Below are positions 29,593 through 36,996 of a DNA stretch of 64,000 bases, one piece after another. The stretch spans positions 28,949 through 92,948 of the forward strand of contig CADASL010000005.1 of assembly GCA_902790595.1 (NCBI GenBank), given 5' to 3'. A program made the translations under genes and the position numbers. Origin of the DNA: an uncultured Bacteroidales bacterium (lineage in GTDB: Bacteria > Bacteroidota > Bacteroidia > Bacteroidales > SZUA-534). Under the pieces are notes generated by a model that was given only the letters and a program-made list of their open reading frames with translations, had not been told where the DNA came from and did no database searches. Numbering within the stretch: position 1 is the stretch's first letter; the number at the start of each line of letters is the position of its first letter.

Positions 29593-29619
29593 TTGGCAAA
29601 AGTTGCGACAATGCCTATC

Positions 29620-30906
29620 CTACTCAAAGCAACTTCTAATTATCTCAATAATAATATCTTGTTGCTCGGGAGTCATCTTGTTGTCCGATGGCAGGCACAA
29701 GCCGCGCGCAAAAATATCGGCGCCGACATCGTTTGCCGCGCCACAATCGATATAGGCGTTCGACTGGCCGCGGCCGTTGCCGTTGGCTGTCACAAACGGG
29801 TTCATTCGGTAGATTGGCTGCATATGCATCGGCTTCCAGATTGGGCGGCCTTCGGCATTGAATTTTGCCAAAGTTTCAAGGATTTCCGTCGGACAGGTTT
29901 TGCCTTTCTCTGAAATGTACATTGGCTCGTTCTCGCTGCGGACCTGACGGCACATTGCTTCGGGCTTGATAAGCATACAACTGAGCCAATAATTCGGAAC
30001 GCTGTTTGCTGAATCAAATGGATTCATCGAAACGGGCAGTCCTTCAAAGCCTTTCTTATAACGCTCGTAGATGGTACGTTTCTGTGCAATATGCTCGTCG
30101 AGATAGTTCATCTGGCCGCGAACGATACCTGCAATAATGTTCGACATACGATAATTGTAGCCAATCTCCTCGTGCTGATACCATGGTGCGGCCTCGCGCG
30201 ATTGGGTTGACCATTTGCGCACCTTGTCGGCATCTTCTTTGCTGTTTGTCAGAAACATACCGCCCGATGAACCTGTGATTATTTTGTTGCCATTGAAACT
30301 TATCGCGCCAAAATCGCCAAATTGTCCCGTCTCTTTTCCCTTATATGTGGCACCAAACGATTCGGCAGCATCCTCAACAATGAGTGCGCCGTGACGACTG
30401 CAAATCGCACGAATCTCGTCAATCTTTCCTGGAATGCCGTAAAGGTGCGCCACCACAACAAGTTTGACTTCGGGATAAATCTCAAAAGCCTTCTCAAGCG
30501 CCTTTGGGCACATATTCCACGTATCAGGCTCTGTATCAATAAACACGGCTTCTCCATCCTCATATGCCACTGGATTAATTGTCGCATCAAAAGTCATATC
30601 TGAGCAAAAGACTTTATATCCTTGCAGCGTTCCGCAGTTAGGTTTTGCCTGACCGTAAAGCCTTTCACCTGCAAGTTTTGTTGCCAAATGAAGCGCGGCC
30701 GTTCCGCAAGACAGCGCAACAGCATATTTAACGCCAATGCGCTCTGCTACAATCTCTTCAACCTCGTTTATATTCTCGCCTGCGGTGGTAATCCAGTTTT
30801 TTACAAAGGCATCGTTAACCCATTTCTGCTCGTCGCCGTGCATTGTGGGCGATGACAGCCAAACCTTCTTCTCGAATGGTTTTATGTTTTTGGTATTCTG
30901 AAACAT
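29620..30906 (-). CDS. DegT/DnrJ/EryC1/StrS-family PLP-dependent sugar aminotransferase (WcfR-like)
   Basis: 428 aa with SCGTAALHLA, VEDAAESFGA and ISFNGNKIITGSSGG (PLP lysine). Confidence 0.88.
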   Translation of the reverse strand: MFQNTKNIKPFEKKVWLSSPTMHGDEQKWVNDAFVKNWITTAGENINEVEEIVAERIGVKYAVALSCGTAALHLATKLAGERLYGQAKPNCGTLQGYKVFCSDMTFDATINPVAYEDGEAVFIDTEPDTWNMCPKALEKAFEIYPEVKLVVVAHLYGIPGKIDEIRAICSRHGALIVEDAAESFGATYKGKETGQFGDFGAISFNGNKIITGSSGGMFLTNSKEDADKVRKWSTQSREAAPWYQHEEIGYNYRMSNIIAGIVRGQMNYLDEHIAQKRTIYERYKKGFEGLPVSMNPFDSANSVPNYWLSCMLIKPEAMCRQVRSENEPMYISEKGKTCPTEILETLAKFNAEGRPIWKPMHMQPIYRMNPFVTANGNGRGQSNAYIDCGAANDVGADIFARGLCLPSDNKMTPEQQDIIIEIIRSCFE

Positions 30907-31021
30907 CTTATTGGGGTGTTATGTATTGGGGGGGTGGGTGTTAGTATACAAAGAGTTAAGCGTTCTCTTTTGACATCTATCGCACCTTACTCACCACTCT
31001 TTTCTCTTTATTCTTTACACT

Positions 31022-31525
31022 TTACTCTTTCTCTACGCCAAGCTGTTCGGCCGGAAGGTCAACTGCAATATTAGCAATGCCATCGAGCACAATAACGAAT
31101 CGTTTCTTGCCGTTGATGCGGCTCACAACGCCCTGCAAGCCATCGAATTGTCCGCCGTTGATGGTCACTTTGTCGCCTATTGCGAATTCGACACACTCAA
31201 GTTTGACTTCGGGGACGTTGCAGACACGCATAAAATCGCTCATCTGCTTGTCGCTCACCACCATACTTGAATTGGTTGCACGGTCGACCAAATAGCGGAC
31301 CTCGTGCTTCAGATTGTTGACTATGGCAAACCGGTCGTCGGCCTCAACGTGCACAAAGACCATTGTTGGCAGCACTGGCGACTCAATCTTCTTCTTACGT
31401 CCGTGGCCGTAATAGTGGTAATCGGTTGTGGTGGGCAGATAGAGTTCAACACCGAATGCCTGAAGCTCGGTGCGGACGGCCTTCTCTTGCCGCGGTTTGG
31501 TCCGCATCACATACCAATTCACCAT
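31022..31525 (-). CDS. upxY: UpxY-family (NusG-like) transcription antiterminator
   Basis: 167 aa. It has the NGN N-terminus WYVMRTKPRQEKAVRTEL...LYLPT and a KOW-like C-terminus (GDKVTINGGQFDGLQGVV). It is the first gene of the CPS operon. Confidence 0.88.
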   Translation of the reverse strand: MVNWYVMRTKPRQEKAVRTELQAFGVELYLPTTTDYHYYGHGRKKKIESPVLPTMVFVHVEADDRFAIVNNLKHEVRYLVDRATNSSMVVSDKQMSDFMRVCNVPEVKLECVEFAIGDKVTINGGQFDGLQGVVSRINGKKRFVIVLDGIANIAVDLPAEQLGVEKE

Positions 31526-31875
31526 TTCAGCCGGCGGTTTTCCTGATTTTTTCGGTTAAAACCTTACTTATACATACAGCTTCGCCACTGTCGGGAGTGG
31601 CGACAAACCAACATTGCGTCTGCCTTTTGCGCGTAATCATCTGTAAACCAAAGTCATTCGCAGGCCAGCTACCAATTTGGCGTTTTTACTTTATTCCGAG
31701 GCAATATTAACACTATATCGCGAATTTTGAAATTGTGTTTTTAAAGATTTTTGCGACAGACAACTGGTGTTTGATATGGATTATCATTTCTGAGACAAAA
31801 TAACAACCGCATATTAAAACGCGAGCTTGTTCTACGACAAGGAATGTAAATTAGCCCCTATCTGACATAATAAAA

Positions 31876-32003
31876 AAGATTTGGATGAAAATGACTAGGT
31901 TTTCGTCCAAATCCATATCAAAAACACCACATTCGGACAAAAACGCAAAGAAATATGTCCAAATCTAGGGTGAAAAGGTCTGATTCGGACGAAAATGGCA
32001 AAT
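31876..32003. repeat. Copy A of a ~128-bp direct repeat containing five 13-14-nt ATT(C/T)GGA(C/T)(A/G)AAAAT-type motifs in alternating orientation
   Basis: Positions 31900-31943 are identical over 44 nt to 33612-33655, and the flanks match at roughly 85 %. The motif copies lie at 31879-31892, 31900-31912 (inverted), 31931-31943, 31956-31965 (inverted) and 31982-31996. Confidence 0.85.
31960..31967 (-). promoter_or_regulatory. Possible Bacteroides -7 box (TAGATTTG on the minus strand) inside repeat copy A, facing upxY
   Basis: The plus-strand caaatcta gives minus-strand TAGATTTG, matching TAnnTTTG. No TTTG lies at the expected -33 spacing. Copy B has CAGATTTG instead. Confidence 0.2.
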
Positions 32004-32045
32004 AGAAAAATTGGCAATGTCGCCGGACGTACTTGTTTCAAACAT

Positions 32046-33479
32046 TTACAACTCAGCAAATAAATCGCTGGCTGTCAACGAAGAATGTACTACGCCGTTA
32101 TGAATGCCCTGCGTCAAACCTTTTGGTGTGATAAAAGTTATCACAACGCCCCGGCCGGAATCGGTAACGTCCATAAAAGTATCACGCCTATCGGCAAGCA
32201 ACTTTTCGTAATCCTTTGTAATAGAGAAGTTTTTCTCGGAGAATTTCATTTCACACAAATGCACAATCTTGTCAATCCGTTTTATAACTAAATCGACTTG
32301 GGTGCCCCGACGGTTATCGCCCTTTTTGGGCACAAAACGCCAGGCCGAGGTTTCGGTGGCCACGCCCGATATTCCCAACCCCTTTTTGATTTGCGGCAAA
32401 TGGCGGATGCACAATTCCTCGAAAGAGAAACCTTCCCAAGTTTCTACATTCCGGTCGGCGAAGTGGTGCTGCCAATACTGCTCATCGCGCGTGTTGTTGC
32501 CATCGACATACTTGAAATAGAACAACGTGTAGAAATCGCACAAGCGATAAAGCATATCCTTTTTCTTATTGCCAAACTGGTTGTAGGCCACAATGAAATC
32601 GCAACGCGTCAAATTGTCCAATATTTTTGAAAGCCCGCCTCCCGACAGTCCGGTGGAAAGCTCAATATCGCTGCGGGTGAATCCCTCGCGCTTTGTTGAA
32701 AGCAGGCGGACAATGCTAATGTATTTGTCGGCTGAACGGAAAAGAGCGTTGTATAGTTCGCCAAACTCGTCGCTCAAATCGCCGCCGATATGGAAAATCA
32801 GCGCATCAACATTCTCCTGAAGGCTCAGATAAGGGCGAAGAAGACTCAGATAGTATGGGACGCCGCCAAAAATCATATAACATTGCATTATCTGGTAGTC
32901 GTCCCAATGAAATCCCCGTCCCGAAAGGTATTGACGGCACTCGTTCAGGTAGAACGGACGCAAATAGATTTTGTGAGTGATACGATTGTGTAAGCCGCCC
33001 TGATTTTCCTCAAGCCGCTCACGCATCCAAATTGTAGCGCTACCGCAAGCGATGAAAACAATATCGTCGCGGTTTTGCACCCAACTTGCCCAAAAATATT
33101 CCAATTCACTCACAAAATCACCGCCTTGAGTATCCATCCACGGCATCTCGTCGAAGAATATTACCTTGCGTTTTTCTGTGCGGCACTCCAAATATGCTTG
33201 CAGCTGCAAGAATGCCGTATGCCAGTTTTTTATTTTCGGCAACTCATTGTTACCCGAAAACCTTACAAGCGCCTCGCGAAAATAGTCCAACTGCGCCTGC
33301 ATACTTTTGCGGTGAGCCCCGACAAAATGGAAAGCATACTCATCGTTAAAGAAATTGCGTACTAAAAAGGTCTTGCCGATTCGCCGGCGGCCATATAGCA
33401 TAATGAACTCAGAGCGGTTTGAATTCATTGCCCACTCCAGCTCTTCACATTCCTTTTTCCTTCCAACCAGTTGTTCCAT
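32046..33479 (-). CDS. AAA+ ATPase of the archaeal-ATPase/DUF234 type (ATP-binding protein)
   Basis: 477 aa with LVGRKKECEELEWAM...FIMLYGRRRIGKTFLV (Walker A) and VIFFDEMPW (Walker B). Confidence 0.8.
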   Translation of the reverse strand: MEQLVGRKKECEELEWAMNSNRSEFIMLYGRRRIGKTFLVRNFFNDEYAFHFVGAHRKSMQAQLDYFREALVRFSGNNELPKIKNWHTAFLQLQAYLECRTEKRKVIFFDEMPWMDTQGGDFVSELEYFWASWVQNRDDIVFIACGSATIWMRERLEENQGGLHNRITHKIYLRPFYLNECRQYLSGRGFHWDDYQIMQCYMIFGGVPYYLSLLRPYLSLQENVDALIFHIGGDLSDEFGELYNALFRSADKYISIVRLLSTKREGFTRSDIELSTGLSGGGLSKILDNLTRCDFIVAYNQFGNKKKDMLYRLCDFYTLFYFKYVDGNNTRDEQYWQHHFADRNVETWEGFSFEELCIRHLPQIKKGLGISGVATETSAWRFVPKKGDNRRGTQVDLVIKRIDKIVHLCEMKFSEKNFSITKDYEKLLADRRDTFMDVTDSGRGVVITFITPKGLTQGIHNGVVHSSLTASDLFAEL

Positions 33480-33586
33480 AACTAATGCATTTCAGTTAAA
33501 CCATCAAATTCTGCAGGCGTTTCTGCGTTTTCGAAAGCTAGCGTCCCAAAGTCCATCTTTATTAATTATGCGAAGATAGTATTTTT

Positions 33587-33714
33587 TGATATTCGGACAA
33601 AAATAATACAATTTTCGTCCAAATCCATATCAAAAACACCACATTCGGACAAAAATATAAAGGAATCCGTCCAAATCTGGGGTAAAAAGGAGTGATTCGG
33701 ACGAAAATGGCAAA
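33587..33714. repeat. Copy B of the ~128-bp direct repeat
   Basis: See copy A. This copy lies about 110-130 nt upstream of the ATPase start codon (33479). Confidence 0.85.
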
Positions 33715-33747
33715 GTGGTATTGGTATTGCTATAGACTTCTACCAAA

Positions 33748-33782
33748 CAAAAAAAGCGGCCCGAGTGAGCCGCTTTTTTTGA
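33748..33782 (-). terminator. Rho-independent terminator (bidirectional-looking) after the SusC/D operon
   Basis: The sequence is aaaaaaagcggc-ccgagtga-gccgcttttttt. A GC-rich stem (33754-33760 / 33769-33775) is flanked by A and T runs, about 20 nt after the stop at 33801. Confidence 0.8.
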
Positions 33783-33800
33783 TATGCATTGAACTATCAA

Positions 33801-34616
33801 CTATTCGTCTTTAGCGAATCCCGTGTAGCGGTAACCCGAAATGCGGTAGTTTTTGAATCCGTAAGCTTCCGGTGCATACACTAGATTGCCTTCATCGTCT
33901 TTTGTATAATCATCGTCAAATTCAACATAGAACACGATTGAATCAGCCGGCATGCCACTTGGGGTTGTCGCTGCACCTTTAATTATTGCTCCGTTAGTAA
34001 TGGTAATATTAAACGCATTCTCCGTTTCCTCACCTTTGGCATTCTGTCCCACTTCGAATTCTTTGCCTGCATATTTAACAAAATACCCCGCCGAAACAGA
34101 GTCATCAGCTATTGCAAAATATTCGTCGAGCATTTTATCCAAGCTGTCTTTCTTTATCACGCCGGCATTATACTGCTTCTCACCTTCTTTATACCAAGCC
34201 CACATCTCTGCATCAAATTTCCTTGCCTTATAACAGAAATTATTGTAAGTATACTCCCCATCTCCGTCATATTCTGTTGCATAAACATACTTATCCGATT
34301 CTGGAGCAGAGAATGTTAAAGCAGACAAATCGCAATCCACTTTTGTTTTAAAAGACCAAGAAAATCCTTCTACTTCCAAATCATCAACAAACATCACATC
34401 TGATTTATTATCCGCGACATTATAGGTAAGCAATAAGAAATTACCCAGATCAAACAAATCTTCATCAGAATAAACCAACGCGCCATTCTCATCAACGGCA
34501 TCAACATGCACATACCATTGGCCTGCCATCGACTCAGTTGCCGTGCCGCCAATTTCGTCTTTCTCGCACGATGCGAACAGAAGCACCGCTGCGAATAAAT
34601 AAACTATCTTTTTCAT
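33801..34616 (-). CDS. Surface lipoprotein of unknown function (PUL accessory protein)
   Basis: 271 aa with a lipobox (LLFASCEKDE). The D/E/Y-rich beta-type sequence sits in the position of SusE/F-like proteins. Confidence 0.6.
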   Translation of the reverse strand: MKKIVYLFAAVLLFASCEKDEIGGTATESMAGQWYVHVDAVDENGALVYSDEDLFDLGNFLLLTYNVADNKSDVMFVDDLEVEGFSWSFKTKVDCDLSALTFSAPESDKYVYATEYDGDGEYTYNNFCYKARKFDAEMWAWYKEGEKQYNAGVIKKDSLDKMLDEYFAIADDSVSAGYFVKYAGKEFEVGQNAKGEETENAFNITITNGAIIKGAATTPSGMPADSIVFYVEFDDDYTKDDEGNLVYAPEAYGFKNYRISGYRYTGFAKDE

Positions 34617-34682
34617 AAATTAATCGAATTAATACCTGACTTCATTTTCTCCTGCTTAATAAGCATTTTGTTTTACAGCAGA

Positions 34683-35462
34683 TTATTGAACCCGTTTTGC
34701 TACAATTGTCATTTTCACAACACCTCCGGCATAACTAACAAAATAAGTAAGGTCGCCGGTCGCTGCGTTATAGTGTGCATTTTCAATATAATCAAGTGCA
34801 TCACCAAAAGCTGGAACTGAGCTTGTTAATAGTATTATATCCCCACTAGCATCTAAATAGACAATTCCATTTGCTTTAAAATCATACTGCCCTTCATACT
34901 TATCATTATAGCCTCGAATTTGGTCATACCATTTTGCCAACAAATCATTACATCTATAAAAGCCGGGCAATATTTCTGTGAATTTTATGCTCACTTTACC
35001 AGAAAAACCATAATTATCTGCAGCTTGAGTAAATGTCCAATCACCGTCGGTGCGCTCATATATCGATTTTTCAAAATCAATAGTATATTCACCTTCGAGC
35101 GAAATATCCAAGTCTGGATTATAAACATAAACAGTACGATTTGTTATGTCTTCCACATCATCCTCGTTGACATACCGGTATGATATAGTATAAATACCAG
35201 GATTTTCTGTATCAACACTTTCAACAGGTTCGTCATTTATATCCAATATTTCATACTCAATTTCGTTTGTCACATCTTTTCCATTGCATACCGCAGTAAA
35301 CGATGGAGAGAATTCGCCCCCTAAAGAGACATAATCAGAATAAGCGAAATCATACGCAGGATAATACGTAATATTTGTCTTGCCCTCGGTTTCCTTCTCA
35401 CAACTTGAGAATGAGACAACCGATGCTGCAAGTGCCATTAACAATAAAAATCTATTTTTCAT
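34683..35462 (-). CDS. Surface lipoprotein of unknown function (PUL accessory protein)
   Basis: 259 aa with a lipobox (VVSFSSCEKE). It lies downstream of susD. Confidence 0.6.
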   Translation of the reverse strand: MKNRFLLLMALAASVVSFSSCEKETEGKTNITYYPAYDFAYSDYVSLGGEFSPSFTAVCNGKDVTNEIEYEILDINDEPVESVDTENPGIYTISYRYVNEDDVEDITNRTVYVYNPDLDISLEGEYTIDFEKSIYERTDGDWTFTQAADNYGFSGKVSIKFTEILPGFYRCNDLLAKWYDQIRGYNDKYEGQYDFKANGIVYLDASGDIILLTSSVPAFGDALDYIENAHYNAATGDLTYFVSYAGGVVKMTIVAKRVQ

Positions 35463-35484
35463 TTTCTTTCATTTTTCTTGTTAC

Positions 35485-36978
35485 TTATTTACCCCAAAAT
35501 ACCGGCACATCATAGCCCGGGAATGCTGGAGCATTGCTATTACGAGCCGACGAACTCTCGGCATAAGGGAAACGTTCTAGAACCTTGTTTGCTCCCAACA
35601 AACCGAAGTACTCAATAGGAGTGTACAAAGTACCAGGGGCGTAAACTTCCGGTTTATAAGTGTCGTTTACAACATTGTAGATGTCGCTGCCTTGCACACT
35701 ACCAAAAGCCGGATAATCGAGACGACGCAGTTCGCACCAAGCCTCATAGTTATTGGTTCCTGCGAGAGCAATCCATTTTGCAATGCCTATCGATTTCTTG
35801 TAGTTGTCTTTATCGTAAGGATTTTGGGCAATATTAGCTTCAGCTCCTGTAACCCCAAACTCGTCAAACGAAGCAGTGATGGCTGCTGCATAATGCTCTG
35901 CCGCAACATCGTGTGAGCCTTTCTTTGCGTAATACTCGGCAAGGAAAAACTCAATTTCTGGCATTGAAATCAAATAAACCGGCATGTCAAACGAGGCCTT
36001 TGGACGACACCAGTAATCTGACTTGTATGTTTTTGTCGCACCGAAATTAGTACCCGATACGCCGCCCGTATATTTACCCGCACCATTTTTCTCATAGAAT
36101 GCGGCCAAACGCGGGTCGGTATAGGCATCAGTCTGCATTGTGCCTATAATCGCAATGTTGGCAATCACGTTAATCTGTGTCGAACCCCATTTTGATGAGA
36201 ACTCTTCTGCGTAATAGGGGCTCATCTTGCCTGATTCGTCAATCCAGCAATCAGTGAAAGCAATATCCTCAGTTGGGAAATTGCCTTCCGCAACCAATGC
36301 GTCAAGTTGTGATTGAACGTCAGCAACACCGCTCATTCGCATCAAGAGTTTCAGCTTCAAAGCATTGGCGAACTGAATCCATACAGATGCACGCTCGTTG
36401 GGGAACAAGAAATTTGTGCAAACCAAATCTGTTGCCGATACTTTGCTTAAAGCATTGTCAATCTCAGCCAAAACTCCCTCATAGATGGTTTTTCCGTCAT
36501 CATATTTTGGTGTCGGATTGTTTTCGTCTAGCGCCTCAGTATATGGCAACTCGCCGTAGCAGTCCACCATTACTTGATAAGTGAAGGCGCGAATAACAGT
36601 TGCCGCCAAATATGTGCCCCAATCTTCCTTCTCCTCGGCTTTTTTCAACACAGTCTTCAAGTTATTCAAAACTAGCAGATTTGTCTGACTATACGCCAAA
36701 CTGCTACTGCGAGTAGCCGACATCGTGAATTTCGAGTAGTCTAAATAATTACTTGTACCAAAAGATTGCGCAAAATGTTGTGAATAGTAACCACCGACAA
36801 TGCGCAGATAGTTGCCATAGCTCGAGGCCAAGTTCATTTCCACTGCGGGAAAAATCAAATCAGAAGTAAGATCCTTCTCGCTTGGAGCCGTGGGATCATA
36901 GTTAATGTCAAGGTAATCGTCGCAAGAAGCAAAAACAAATCCCAAGGCAACTAATGATAATAATATATGTTTCTTCAT
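35485..36978 (-). CDS. susD: SusD/RagB-family nutrient-binding outer-membrane lipoprotein
   Basis: 497 aa with a lipobox (FVFASCDDYLD). It has a TPR-like helical N-half and lies immediately downstream of susC. Confidence 0.88.
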   Translation of the reverse strand: MKKHILLSLVALGFVFASCDDYLDINYDPTAPSEKDLTSDLIFPAVEMNLASSYGNYLRIVGGYYSQHFAQSFGTSNYLDYSKFTMSATRSSSLAYSQTNLLVLNNLKTVLKKAEEKEDWGTYLAATVIRAFTYQVMVDCYGELPYTEALDENNPTPKYDDGKTIYEGVLAEIDNALSKVSATDLVCTNFLFPNERASVWIQFANALKLKLLMRMSGVADVQSQLDALVAEGNFPTEDIAFTDCWIDESGKMSPYYAEEFSSKWGSTQINVIANIAIIGTMQTDAYTDPRLAAFYEKNGAGKYTGGVSGTNFGATKTYKSDYWCRPKASFDMPVYLISMPEIEFFLAEYYAKKGSHDVAAEHYAAAITASFDEFGVTGAEANIAQNPYDKDNYKKSIGIAKWIALAGTNNYEAWCELRRLDYPAFGSVQGSDIYNVVNDTYKPEVYAPGTLYTPIEYFGLLGANKVLERFPYAESSSARNSNAPAFPGYDVPVFWGK

Positions 36979-36996
36979 TTCTGTATCTCCTCTCTT

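Noticed and set aside
31526-32045. Search for an invertible-promoter architecture (paired inverted repeats of the B. fragilis ARACGTWCGT type) upstream of upxY
   Set aside because: I found only one partial match (ggacgtactt near 32027) with no inverted partner, and only short hairpins (cgccact...agtggcg at 31582-31601). There is no convincing evidence for a phase-variable promoter. No serine or tyrosine recombinase gene lies nearby.
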